NCBI RefSeq assembly: GCF_009914755.1
Contig: NC_060932.1
Direction: 5' to 3' (one strand)
Source of the DNA: the human T2T-CHM13v2.0 reference genome, Homo sapiens
Length of the DNA stretch: 64,000 bases
This document shows positions 1 through 14,520 of this stretch, piece by piece; position 1 is the first letter of the stretch; every line of letters starts with the position of its first letter. A program made the position numbers and the translations under genes. The notes beneath the pieces are model-generated. The model made no database searches. It saw only the letters and a list, made by a program, of their open reading frames with translations, and had not been told where the DNA came from.

Positions 1-300
1 GAATCTGTCTCTTTGATGAAAACAGAATATTTTTATACAGTTTTAATATACACTGAATTTTTCCAGGGATGCAACTACCACATAAAATGAGGAAAGGTTT
101 TGGTTAAAACTTAACAAAGCATTGTTTACGTTTTTAATGATGTTTTTGTGTGAATTGATAGTTTGTTTCTTTTTGCTGCTTAGTATCCCAAACCACTGAA
201 TTTTATCTTGAGTATTTAATAGTTAATCAATATGGCATCCTCATTATAATAGCAAGGAACAAGGAAAGGAAAGTAATTTATAATAAAACTGCATTTCTGA

Positions 301-907
<607 letters not shown>

Positions 908-2220
908 CACACAAACAAACAAACAACAAAAAAACTGCATTTCTGTCAGTTAATACTCTGAATTGACTACACCAGGAGAAAAAATGAAGTGTTTCGATGA
1001 TTGTTGAACATATTTATAATAAAACATTTGGGATGAAGAGAATAACAACAATTAGAAGAAAAGTGAAAGTGTCAGAAAAAGTATTAACAAAGCAAAGTAA
1101 TTTGTATGTAATAAGAGAAAAATGAAAATAATTGGGGTAAGACTATTGTTCCAAGAAAATTAATAGCTGCTGAAGGGGAGAAACAAGGAAGTATAATATT
1201 CTTGCAAATATACTGGACTTTATTTTCAAATTTAAGCATCAAATTCTTGACATTATGTTACGAGACAAGCTTTTGATAGCAAATATTTTTGTCTAAAATC
1301 ACACCATGTGTCAAGGCAATCATTCAGTCTTTAGTTCTTAAAAATAACCTAAACACTGTATATTCAGTATTTGATAGGAAACAGACATTAGGTTGGAACA
1401 AAGATAAAATGATAAAAGAGCCTATGTTCTAAACCTCTAGGGACCATATTAGAGAAAGATTAAAAAATAGTGCACAACACAAAAATGTGTCTTAAATATA
1501 TAGTTGTAGCAAAATATATTACTTACCATTGTGCTATAATACATTTCAGATATTTAGTATGATAATGATATGAAACATTTTAAAACATTTATTAGCCTCA
1601 TTAATGAAATTTCATGAGATCCCTGGATTTAATATTTCATTCACATGATGGAAAGAGTCTCCGGTCACCTCTGTTATCCATATATAGTTGGTTTCATCTG
1701 TTTTGCCGTAGCTGCAGTACATCTGTGAAAAACTTGTCAGCTACTGTAAGAATAAAAATGCTACTTTTTTTCCAAAAATGTGTATATGAAAGCCTTCACT
1801 AGATTCAAATGTTTGATAATTCAACTTTGCTCTCAAGGGTATCTTTTAGCTCGATTAACACTTTCTGTAAAAGTTGGCTAGTATGTTCCAACTCTATTTC
1901 AAATTAATTAATATCCTAACCTCCTATTTAAGTTCATATGGATCTTTAAGTACAAAGATCATATTTTTTAATAGCCTCCACATGAGAACATATTATTTAC
2001 TATCCAATATTTATAAATTTATCACATCTAATTTTCTAAAAAAACCTATACAAATTCTAGGTCAGACAGACATTTTTAAAGTAACAACTTTATTGATAAA
2101 CCAGTGGTAATTTTCTTCACTTTAAGAAAATCTGCATATCATTACACATTTAAAAGAAACTATTGATATATTTTAATACATAAAAACCTTTGTCAAACAA
2201 TTTCACATATTAATTCTGTT

Positions 2221-2540
<320 letters not shown>

Positions 2541-2881
2541 CTCTGTTTCTTAATTAAATCAAAAATCTATATAATATCAAATATTGAACAAAATATCATA
2601 ACAGAGGCACAGAAATTATATAATTTGTATTTCCCTCCATCCTAAGATGTCCTAATAATGTCTTGGATTATTATAATATTAAATTTTCTCCAGCAGTATG
2701 GGGCTCACTACAATTTGTTATTTGTGCTGTTCTATAATTGTCAACTAGAACTTTCTTCTTTTAATGAGATTTTTCAAAATACTCCACTCAGTGTGCTTAC
2801 AATTTTCAAATTTTTCATTAAAAATCTTAAAAGTGCCATATATATTTTTTGCCAACTTTAAAACTGTTTTTTTGTAGAATG

Positions 2882-2995
2882 TTTAATCTTGACAGGTTTC
2901 TTTGTCAAGATTAAAAAGTAACAGAAAAAAAGTAACGATTTTAAAACTTAGCTCACAATAAACTGTGAACCTTCATTTGTGAGCTAAGTTTTAAA
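2882..2995. repeat. Two adjacent perfect inverted repeats (13-bp and 19-bp arms)
   Basis: TTTAATCTTGACA 2882-2894 pairs with TGTCAAGATTAAA 2903-2915. TTTAAAACTTAGCTCACAA 2940-2958 pairs with TTGTGAGCTAAGTTTTAAA 2977-2995. Confidence 0.9.
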
Positions 2996-3324
2996 GTCTA
3001 CTCTCAAACATTCAATTAAATATTCTTATCACATTTTTATATTTAACAATTGAAAATTATGGCCAAAGACATATTTTAGGCATATATACACACATACACA
3101 CACGGAGAGAATCTGTATTTATTTCTTCTTGTTTCTTTATCTCTCTTTTTTGTTTGGTTTTGGTTTTTAGAAACAAAGTCACAAATAGTAAGTTTCTTAA
3201 ATCAGATTTAAAAGATGAATTAACATGCAGATATATTAAATGTAGCTGTTTGAAGAAAATGTTTTTACATCTGGAAGGAAAAGCATGTTTTGTTTAGGAA
3301 AATACCTCGGGAGCTCACTTGGAA

Positions 3325-3490
3325 TAAGGACATTCCTGTTGTCTGGCATCCTTGGCCACTAGCCACACTAGGCCAAGAGCTTCTTCTCCACCTCACAACC
3401 AAACGATGAAGATAAATAATACCCCACACCACAAACCCTAACAAATTTCAAAAATGGTCCTCTAGGGGGCGCCAGCTCTCCTGCTATTTT
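3325..3490. mobile_element. MER20/MER20B-like hAT DNA transposon remnant
   Basis: GGCATCCTTGGCCACTAGCCACACTAG...ACAACCAAA...CTCTAGGGGGCG resembles the MER20-family consensus (by eye). Confidence 0.5.
3456..3475 (+). promoter_or_regulatory. Candidate CTCF binding site
   Basis: GGTCCTCTAGGGGGCGCCAG closely fits the CTCF core motif CCNCYAGRKGGCRC. Confidence 0.55.
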
Positions 3491-6400
3491 AAATCAAGGC
3501 TGGGGAAAATAAAGGGATTTTACAAAACAAGACATCATTATTCTTAGAAGTTCTTTATTTATTTGACTTGGGGCAGTCACTTTGCCCATCTTTCCTCCAG
3601 CTTCTGCTCTTCTGCTATAATGCACGGGCTTTCTCTTATCACTCTCCCAGTTCCTTACCTATTACGCAACACATGGCACACTTCTAATCTGGCAGTTCAG
3701 GTTTCTTTGTGGACTAAATCCTCACGGCTACTGCAATACCTCCTCCAAAGTAGTCTGTCAAAGCATTTCCCTAAATGACTATACAAAGCAGCAAAGTGAT
3801 CATTTTTTCTATTCTGGTACATGTTTATTTGACTGTTTAAGAACTAGCAAAGACACACACCACCATTTACAATCTTAATTCTCTAGAAAACACACACACA
3901 CAAATTCTAAATCAATGATTTACAAATTTGCTTTAGGCCATCATTCCTTCATAAATGAATGGCCCTCAGTAATAACCAACAGTCAATACAAGATAGAGGA
4001 GAAAAAATAACAAAATATCAATTTTCATCATTTCTTCCAAAGTGCCTGGTTTCTTTCCTTTGGTTATAACATATTACGTCAGGTTATCTTCATTCCTAAT
4101 CTGCCTTGCTGAGCAAGAGGCAAAGTTAAATAAACAAAACTTCAGGGGAAAGTGAGTCGTGGTAATATATTTCTTTCAACTTCTTTATAAATGAGTAGAA
4201 AAGCATATTTTTACTTCAGTAGTTTACTCCCTTTCCCTCTGCTCCCCCCACAGCACGCATCTACTGCTTCCCAAATATCTTGAATTTTAATCTGAATCAT
4301 AATTATATGCAAGTATAGTGGTCAAGGGAATGCTTCTTGTGTTCTTTGGGTAAAAAAATTTCACTACTTAACAAAGGCAAGAAAACTTAACTTTAGCCCT
4401 CAAAGATCCGATTTTAAAGCTATTCTCTAAGGTCCCACTTTGGGGGCTCTATTAATAACTATAGTCTATTTTAAATAGTTTATAGCGACATTTATATCCT
4501 TGGATGATTAAATCTACTGTGAACTAAGTGCTTCATTTCTAAATGCTTTTTGTTTTAAAATACATAGATTTACCAGAAGAGGGAGCAATCCATCTAGTCT
4601 CTGTTTACTTGATCTGTTTATCTTTTAAAAAATTGTATAAACATAAAATGTTTGAAAACTACCTACAGTTTTATGTGAATGTGTTTTTTGGCATTTCAAA
4701 GTTTTACTTTGTATTTATATAAATAAAGGTAAGAGATATTAAGATTTCTAAATTGCATTAAGTAAGGGCAGTAAATATTTCAGAACCAAATAGCTTTTTA
4801 AATTACCTTCCTTTCCTGAAGAAATTAAGTGAACTGTTGATGTAGTTGAGATAAAACCATAGAAGAAAGAGAATGTTAGTTAGAAGGTAGTTTAATGGCT
4901 TCAACTTATTGTTACTAATTTCTTTTTTTCCATTGCACTGATGCCATTTTGACCATTTAACCATTAAAAAGATTAAGTGTTATTGAGTGATGTTTATGAA
5001 TGTTTCCCTCTGGCTTTTACAATATCTTAATAAATATAACACGTGTAAATCCACTTACGGCCAATATGCAAATATGTTGGAATTGTCACCTGAATGGAGG
5101 AAAGAGATAATGTGGCATATACATTTTTCTGATTGTTTCACTTTTATTACCAATTATACAGCATGTTATCTTAAATGACTTCATCCAAAAATGTATCTGT
5201 GATTATTCTTCAATTTAAACCATGAGGAAAATGTTGATTTCAGCATGGTCTGCCTCATGCCTGGGCTCATTTCCATGGTAGATATGATGCTTACTGAGGT
5301 TGTTGCATTTCTCTGTGTATGTCCTTTAAATAATGAATTGCCTGATTACATTAAATATTAGAATCATGGAAAATATATGAAATATGGAATCATAAATATA
5401 CAGGTGTAAGTTAGAATGCACCTGTTATATTTAAGTATAGAACCATTCTTTTTTTTCAGAGGCTATATTGGGAGAAGGCAAATTTTGGTGCCTCTGTGGC
5501 ATGGTATCCTATAAATCTGAGGCCAGTTAATTAGTGAATTAGAAAGAACTAGTCTGCTCATCGGAGTTGTTTACTTGGCTCATCTGCCTGCAAGAACCAC
5601 GTTGCTGAATGCTGTTCTTCAGTGTCTCTTTTGAGCAAAAAGGCACTCCTCAGCTTGCTCCGTCTTGGGAGAGAGCCTTGGGAAGAGTGGATGCAATCCA
5701 AGGGTGTTACTGGAATTAGGGCTCTACAGGGCCAGGTTAGTGTGAGAATGGTTGTGGTTTGGTTTTAAGGGCTTTTTTTTTTTTTTTAAGTTGCTTTCTC
5801 TGTGAAGCTGTCCCTGTGTGAACCTCCAGTTCCCTCTTCCTTGTGGCATAGATGGAAAGGCAAAGGAGAGCTGGATTTCATGCTGAGCCCTATTTCTCTC
5901 TGTGCCAAATATACTCGCTGGTTATAATCACATATATGTTATTTTGCTCTAGGCATGCAGTGATTCTTTAAGCCGCCAGGTTCCGTGTAGCACATGGAAG
6001 GATCCGTTCATGGAGACTCAACAGGAAAGCTAATTCACCTGCGTTGAATCCATACCTTCCCTTTAGTGCCCAGGGTAGTAACACACAGCTTTACTAGTGC
6101 CAGCAGGGCCTCTCTAGCCTCAGAGTGTTGAAGCATTTTCTGAAATATCTAATGCATTGTCATGGAGTCATGAAATTCTCTTCAAAAAACAATAGAAGCC
6201 ATTTCTGTCAGGCTCATTTACTTTAAACATCAATGAGATGGCATTTGGATTTTAATTTCTTTAACAGTGGAAGAGCATGAGCTTTGGCAGGAAGGGAGTG
6301 TTCTCTTCTACAGTTTCCACTGGAGAGGAGACTTGAAATTCTCGCCAATTTTCAGGCAGGCTTGTCAACCAAGATTATTACTAGGCCAATAGAAACTCAC

Positions 6401-7259
6401 CTGTGGGACAGGGAGGGAAGCTCCTCCTCTTTATTACCAGCTACTTTGCCTCTCCCTTGGAGTATCTCGGCACTTGGGGGACACACAATGGAGAGTGCTG
6501 CTTGGAAGAGAGATGGAGGCAGATTAATCCTGAGGCTGATGAAATGAAGCTTCAGGGCCCATCACCTGCCCAAGCCCTTTCCAGGACCCCAGGAAAGGAA
6601 TTAACGATATGTTCACCTGGTCTTATGTTTTCACAAACTTTGCAAAATACCATATTTTGATAACAGCCAATTAAGAACTCTGACTCTTTGTATGCTTCTC
6701 CTCCATTCCTCACACTTTTCCCCTCGTCCAGTGATACTGAAGTAGCGCTAGAGATTACTGGGTAAAGAGGAATGGAGCTGGGCAGCTAATTGTCAAGTTT
6801 AGAATTAGAGGAATATGTTTAGTTAGCAATCTCTTCTAAATATAGTCAAGTTATTGTTAGCTGTCTGCCTTAGGAATGGCTTCTTTGATGCTGAGGGACA
6901 AACAGTATCTTTCATCCCTTTAGAAAATATTACAATGTTGTTGCCATATAAGGAGGCGTACTCATCCAAAGACTAAAAGACCAGGTATCATAGAAAAATT
7001 TCATGCAGTGACAGATTAATGCATTACATTATTTTTCTGTACTAGCCTGGGATCTTTTACTACTTTGTAGGGTAATGTATTTGTATGGGACTTTGATAGA
7101 GAACTGCCAGATCTGGTTGACTTCTAGTGTTCTGTGTGGACAAGGTCAACATCACCATCAACAAATATTTATTGAATACTTATTAGGTGCAAGGCACTGT
7201 GCTAGGTAATGGGGATTTTAGGATTGCTAATTCCTAATCAGAAGAGATTACTTCCTCTT

Positions 7260-8105
7260 TGCGATGGCTATTTTTATGTGTCAACTTGATTGGACTGAAG
7301 GATACCTAGATAGCTGGTAAAGTATTGTTTCTGGGTATGTCTGTGAGGGTGTTTTAGTCAGTGGACTGGGAGAGGAAGACTCACCCTCAATGTGGGTGGG
7401 CACCATCAAATTGGCTGCCAGCGTGGCTATAACAAAGTAGTTGGAAGAAAGAGGGCTAAGTCTTAGTGGGACTTCTGGCTTTCATCTGTCTCCCATGCTG
7501 GATGTTTCCTTCTGTTCCTCCTGCCCTTGGACATCAGACTCCAGATTCCTCAGCCTTTGGACTATTGGACTTACACCAGTAGTTTGCCAGGGGCTCTCTG
7601 GCCTTCAGTTATAGACAAAAGGCTGCACTGTTGGTTTCCCTGCATTTGAGGCTTTTGGACTGGGGCTGAGCTTGCAGACAGCCTATCGTGGGACTTCGTC
7701 TTGTGATCATATGAGCTAATTCTCCCTAATAAACTCCCATTTTATTGTTTATTTTCTGAGACAGTTTCCCTCTGTCACTCAGGCTGGAGTGAAGTGGTGC
7801 AATCTCTGCTCACTGAAACCTACGTCTCTTGGGTTCAAGCGATTCTCGTGCCTCAGCCTCCCCAGTAGCTAGGATTACAGATGCGCACCACCACTCCTGG
7901 TTAAGTTTTGTATTTTTGGTAGAGATGGTGTTTCACCATGTTGGGCAGGCTGGTCTCAAACTCCTGACCTCAACCCATCCCCCCACCTCAGCCCCCCAAA
8001 GTGCTGGGATGACAGGTGTGAGCCACTGCGCTGGGCCCCTAATAAACACCCTTTCATATACACAAACATCCTATTAGTTCTGTGCCTCTGGAGAACCGTA
8101 AGACA
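7260..8105 (+). mobile_element. MLT2-type (ERVL) solo LTR interrupted by an Alu
   Basis: Begins TGCGATGG...TGTCAACTTGATTGGACTGAAGG, contains CACCCTCAATGTGGGTGGGCACCATC, ends ATCCTATTAGTTCTGTGCCTCTGGAGAACC...ACA. Confidence 0.8.
7740..8036 (-). mobile_element. AluS SINE inside the MLT2 LTR
   Basis: Reverse Alu. TSD CCCTAATAAAC(T/A)CCC at 7724-7738 and 8037-8051. Confidence 0.9.
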
Positions 8106-8169
8106 TTCTTCTAAAATAATTTGTCTGTAGTCATGCATTGATAAAGTACATTATATTTAGCATCACATT

Positions 8170-8530
8170 TGACCCTTACAATACCATTCTGCAGGTGTTA
8201 CTGGATCTCTTTTAGAGATGGGTAAACTAAGACTTAGAGGGCTCATGTAACTTTTTGAGTCCATGAGAGTATATATGGCAGAGCTTGGACTGGACCTCCT
8301 GTCTGGATGCACACCACTGCCTTCCCTCTGAGCCACAGATGCTGCTTGCCAGTCCCTCCCTAGGTTCATCATTAGATGTAGCTGGTAGGATGCCTTGACA
8401 GAAAATGTTCTTGTGACATATCAAGTCTGGGTTCTAATTCCAACTGCCTCAATTGCTAGCTTTGGGCAAGTCAATTAATGGCTCCCACTTTGTTTCATTG
8501 TATGTTAAAAGGAATAATAATCATTACCCC
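8170..8530. mobile_element. Two MIR fragments in opposite orientation
   Basis: TTTAGAGATGGGTAAACTAAGACTTAGAG (MIR core, reverse) and CTGGGTTCTAATTCC...TTTGGGCAAGTCAATTAA (MIR, forward). Confidence 0.6.
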
Positions 8531-8749
8531 AACTTGGTTTGAACATTTATACATATAGTAGGACATGAGTTCTGCGAGGAGACTACTAAAGGGTAGTGGT
8601 AAGAAGGCTGAAGAAGATGCACAATCTAACAGCTATACTCATGGTTCAGATCTCTCTGTCTCTCTGTGTCTGTCTCTCAATTTAAAAGGTATCAGATGCA
8701 GACAAAGCTTCTTTGTCACTGTCTCCACTGTTTATATGCCTATATCACT

Positions 8750-9510
8750 CTATTATCCTTCCTAAAGGCAACCTCCAGTTTATGCTGATGTATATTTGTC
8801 TCTTGCATGTGTTACAGTTTATTTACTCATATACAACTGTCTATGAGTAATGGGATGTGCTTTGCCGATTCCCAGCATATGGCAAGTCCCAGTAATGTCA
8901 GAATGGGAGTCCATATTTCTCTACATCCTGGCCAGAAATTGATATTGGTATTCATTATTTTAATTTGAATTTCTCTCATTACTAATGAGGTGGTACATTT
9001 CATAAGTTTGTTGCCATTCAATTTTCTCCTTCTATTCTTTGCCCAATTTCACCTGTTGGCTCATTTGTGTTTTGCTTAATGATTTTTGAGGTACCTTGCT
9101 GATTGTGAATGCAAACCAGTCATTGATATGTTATCTTTTAATCTTTTATTATTTTAATCTGTGGTTTGTCTTTTAATTTTGTTTTTGATTTCTTTTATTA
9201 TACCAAAGCTATTTATTTTTATCATTGCTAAATATATCATTTTATTTGGAATATTGTGTTTTTTTCATCTTGTTTAAGAAATTCTTTTGTTTCCTGATAG
9301 TAAAAAGATATTCTTCCTACATTAGTCCTACAAGTTCTCAGCACTCCTTCATGAGGATCTTTAATGGAATTGGTATTATTTTTGTTTGTGGTATGAAATA
9401 AATCTATAATTCTGTTTTTCTGCAATGAAGGCAATTACTCACAGCATCATTTAAGAATGGGCCAGTCTACTACTTTAAAAAAATGCCACATCTATTATAT
9501 ACCAAGCAGG
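8750..9510 (-). mobile_element. Old L1M fragment
   Basis: T-rich degenerate L1 ORF2-like sequence, e.g. TTTTAATTTGAATTTCTCTCATTACTAATGAGG. Confidence 0.6.
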
Positions 9511-12500
9511 TAGAGAGAGAACATTGCTAATAAAATGCAGCCAAGCACATGGGACAGTATTGGCTATTTTTTCTTCAGGTCACACTCTAAGGGCCTTTAG
9601 CTACCATCTTTAATTGTGCAGAAATCATCATGGGATGCTATCTACAGAGTGGCTTCCTGCCAACTTACTGCTGCATTCTTAACTTGTTGAACACTTCAAA
9701 GGACAATAAACTTCTCTAAAAAGACACATGAAAATGATCTTGCTGGTCATGGTGCTCAGTTATAGATCTGATTCCTTTAAAAAGCTGATCTTGGAGAAAT
9801 AGAGTCTTAGAAAATCTGCTGGAAGTGTCCCTTAATAAAACAAATTCCACCAACCCTTGCCAACCATGGTACAATCTGTGGTATAAGCACTCTTTTCCTA
9901 ATAGCTTATCATTCTGTGTCTTGACCAAAGGAGAAGACCTCATTCAAGTGACCTACTTTTGTTAATGATTTTGTTTTCTACTTTTTCCAAAATCAAAAAT
10001 TCAAAACTTTTCTGAATGTGGAATTAGAATCCTTTCATTTCTTCAAAGTTCGACCAGGTCAGTCATAGAAAGAATGAGAGTTGGTGTCTATCTAGAATGA
10101 CTTTGTCCGGTTTTGGCCTCAGAGGTTGAAAAGAATATGACTTTGATATATGGAAAGAATTGAAATCACATCATACATTATAAAATTTTTACCCCCATAA
10201 ACTAGAATCAGTAAAAAACAATAAAAATGTATGTGGAAATCTTCCACCTAGATAGAGCAATGGGGTGGGTCCGGTTTTATAATCAGACAGTTAAATCATT
10301 CATCTCATCAAAAGTTGCATTTCCCTGGTGATTTTTTCCTTCTTTCCCTTTATTCTATTAGCACCTGTGGCAGGTGAAGCAGTTGGTCTTGATAGTGGTC
10401 AAAAGACCATCACTCTGTGAAGACTCCTGAGAACCTCATCTCATGCAGCTTCAGGAACAAATCCACAAATTTCATCCGAAGTAGTGTAACAATTCCACTG
10501 GGAGCCCAATCAAGTGGAAGGTTCTTTCATTAGAGTTCTAAATACTCAACTTTTAGATGCAATAAATACAAAGTTAATTGGCTGAATTTTATTTGTAAAC
10601 TTATTATTCTATTTAGAAAAGGAATAATTTGGCTATAAAAACATAGGAAAGAACATAGAAAATATCCATGAGTTTTGAGTCCTCCATTCTTTTGAATTTG
10701 TTAAGTTATATTGGTTAAACTATGATTCTATCAGACTTAAGTCCAGAAACAAAGGTTATTTCTTGTACTGGAAATCTTGAAATAACAATGAATTAAAAAG
10801 AAAATAGTGTTGGTGAAGCTGGCAAAATAGGTGGGAATAATTTCTCAGAATATGGAACCAATGTTGTTAGTTGTCCTTAGCAGGCATGATGGCCTTCAAG
10901 TTTGCCAAAATTAAATGCATATAATAATGAAATTGATATCTTGAGCACTTTTTTTTTTTGAGATATTATCTCCTGTGGTTAAACTTCAAGACTAGACCAA
11001 CCTTTGGCTTTCACTATTCTCTCATAGTTATGAAAGACATGATCCTTACATTTGAGAACAGAGAGAGTCAAACCAAATTATGACACTTTCTTGGCAGAAA
11101 CCTCTTAAAATTAGGGCAGTTTTAATTTTAAAAATTGACAATGTTTTGCCAATAATTTGGCTTAGTAAATTTTATACATGAATGTAGTCATGGATTTTTT
11201 TACTTGTGCTTGCTTACTTTTCCACAAACATGAGTAAAGATAATTTTCTTTTAATATACCTTTTATCTATAATTGTATTAATAATAACTTGAAGTTGCTC
11301 CTTTTTATAATCATCCAAAGGTTTTTACCCTGTGTTTATGAAATGGATGAGTAAGTGAAAACTAAATTGATGAATAAAATACATTTCTAGAGGTTTGTTG
11401 AAACTTTCTGCAGGTATTTTCATGGTGTTGATTACCAATGAAAAGAAACCAAAGTCATGTAGACTTATGAATCAGTAAGACATAATTACTGAGTATTCAT
11501 GAAATACCAAAACAGAGCTGCCTCTGTCTAAGGATATTATATTCTCCCTTAGACGGCCACAGTAGTACAGTGACGCCAGGGTTATGCCACAAACTGAAGA
11601 TCAGTAGCAAGGTATATTTTACCAAATTAAATAGCTAAAAACTTTTTTTCAGAAAATAATTTTTAGTTACATAGATTTTTAAGATATAAACATATTAGTA
11701 TTAAAAGTAAAGTGGAGCATCACAAACAAAACTTTGTCTTTTAAGACAGTAAGAGAGGGGGATTGTGGATAGAATAGTAAAAGGTGTAACAGTAAAAGAA
11801 AGAGTATATTATATAACTTTATATTCTTTTCTTTCATGGTTGCATTTCTTTAATTCTATTCCCATCCCTTGGTTTAACAAAGTGAGTTAAGGGCAGACCT
11901 TAAACAAATTGTGAGAAGCCAGAAGTGGAACAGGAAACCTGGTTTGATAAAGGCAATTTTTTCAACATGTGGGACCAACGCTTCATCTTGTTAATAGATG
12001 GTCTGTGAGCTGAATCGTTACTAACAGATAAGCTATTAATTTAAAATAGAAATTGAATCTATCTTATGGGATTTGCAGGAGTAAAGGTTTTTCTTACATG
12101 CTCCTTTCCTGATGTTCTTTTTATAACTACAGGCAATCTTAATTTTTAAATGTTCCAAATGTATAATTAAAGGTACTGTTTCACCTCAATTTAAAGTATT
12201 AAATCTTGAATAAACTTGGACAGACTGCTGCTTTGGCAAACCAAGAAATGTGTCTTGAATTCTTCTGATTCTTTCTTCACCCATTCTGTCTGCCATCTGG
12301 CTATAAGCCACTCTTCACTTCTCAAAACACACACACCTACTTCTTCCTCCCTGGCACAAGCGTGACCCTACATTTTAGAACATGAATTCCTTTATATAAT
12401 ATTGTTCAGGACAGAAAGCCTTTGAACTTCATTTTTCCTTTTCTATTATCAAGAAATATGTCTTACCCTGGATTTGAGACTATATGCTTTCTGTTGTTCA

Positions 12501-12952
12501 TCTTCAGTCAAGTGGACGTGCCTTTTTGTACTACCAGACCCTTCCAAACTCAAGAATCCCACTTAGTTTGAACCACTCTTTCAAGGCCGTTTTTTTTTTT
12601 TTAAATCACGTGGCTTATTTCTCAAAATATAACGTTAGATTATGATTGACTAAATCAGCATATTGCGAAGACTCACAATAAAAGTTGTCAAAAGTTAAGT
12701 CACTAATGAGGGTACTAGCTATTAGTAATATCTAGAAACTTCAAAACAGAATGCTCGGCCTGCATCTTCTCTATTAGTTTGCTATTTCTTATCTACTGTT
12801 CCCTACTTCCAAGACCATTTTTATATTTTCAAAATATGCTTTTACCTGAAAAACAAAGGATCGAAGGTGAGACAGGCTTGGTAGCAAGAAGAGGGAGGGT
12901 GTGGCAAGCACAGGAGCTTTGAGAAAAAAGATTATTATCAAACTCTGTTCAG

Positions 12953-13408
12953 ACTATTCACAATAGCAAAGACATGGAATCAACCTAAATGCCCATCAGT
13001 GGTAGAATGGTTAAAGAAAATGTGGTACATAAACACTATGGAATACTATGCAACCACAAAAAAGAGCAAGGTCACGTCCTTTGCAGGAACTTTGTTGGAG
13101 CTGGAGGCCATTATCCTTCCAAACTAACATGGGAACAGAAAACCAAATACCTCATGTTCTCATTTATAAGTGGGAGTTAATTGATGAGAAAACACGGACA
13201 CATAGAGGAAAACAACAGACACTGGATCCAGTAGGAGCATGGAGGATGGGAGGAGGGAGAGGATCAGGAAAAATAACTAATGGGTACTAGGCTTAATTCC
13301 CGGGTGATGAAATAATCTGTAAAACAAACTCTCATGACACAAGTTTACCTATATAATAAACTTGCGCATGTATCCTCGAACTTAAAAATTAAATGAGCAA
13401 ACAAAAAT
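12953..13408 (+). mobile_element. 5'-truncated L1 3' end (older L1PA type)
   Basis: CACAATAGCAAAGACATGGAATCAACCTAAATGCCCATCA...GGGTACTAGGCTTAAT...GAACTTAAAA. TSD AAA(C/T)TCTGTTCAG at 12940-12952 and 13409-13421. Confidence 0.9.
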
Positions 13409-13548
13409 AAATTCTGTTCAGGTCACAATCTCTGTGAACTTCAATAATATTTATTTCACACAGTTTTTATAAGATTGGTACATTAAATATAAAAGTATTT
13501 ATCAGTCTTTTGATGTGATAGTTTTGTTCAACAGACTTTAAAATATTA

Positions 13549-13864
<316 letters not shown>

Positions 13865-13939
13865 TTTAATGTTTCTATAAGGACTTACAGAAACATCTAT
13901 TGGGCATTCATGTCTGTTTGTGCAACTGACAGTTCTAGA

Positions 13940-14032
13940 TACTCTGATTATTACACATTATATGCATGTATCAAACAAAATATCTCATGTATCCTATAAA
14001 TATGTACAATTATTCTGTGTATCAATAAAAAG
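13940..14032 (+). mobile_element. L1M 3'-terminal fragment
   Basis: CTGATTATTACACATTATATGCATGTATCAAA...ATAAATATGTACAATTATT...TCAATAAAAA, typical of L1MA 3' ends. Confidence 0.65.
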
Positions 14033-14229
14033 GAGTAATTTATATTTTAGACAGATGCAAATCTTAAGTAACAATTACCACTTTATCACTGCAATTTACT
14101 TACTGTTTCTCTGATCTAGTCAGTGAGAGGTGTGAAAAAATAGAGGAATCTATAATGAAAGAAACCCAGTAATACATTAAAAAAAACTTGGGGGGCTTAT
14201 AGAAACGTTTACTGGGTATTTGTACATCT

Positions 14230-14520
14230 GGCAGATTGGCTGCGGTCTTGGCTGGCCTCAGCAGGACTAGGTTAGACTCCAGGGTTTAGGTCAATTCAGA
14301 CATACTCAAACTAAAGAGCAACAGCTACCTGGGTATGCTGTTCTGATGGCAGAAGGTAGAAGTTCAAAGAGGGCAGGCAGAAACTGCGATGCCCCCAAAA
14401 GTCTTAGCTTGATATAGGCACGCTGTCACCCACACCCACATTCTATTTAGCAAGGCAAGTTACATGGCCCAGCCCAAAATCAGTGACAAGAGAAAGATTT
14501 GTAGGCAAATAATTCAATCT
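14230..14520. mobile_element. MLT1-type MaLR LTR fragment
   Basis: CACATTCTATTTAGCAAGGCAAGTTACATGGCCCAGCCCAAAATCAG, an MLT1 hallmark. Confidence 0.55.

Noticed and set aside
5450-6660. GC-elevated unique-looking block with 85-87 aa ORFs
   Set aside because: Non-ATG starts and no recognisable homology or splice structure. It may be regulatory, but nothing in the sequence alone supports a call.
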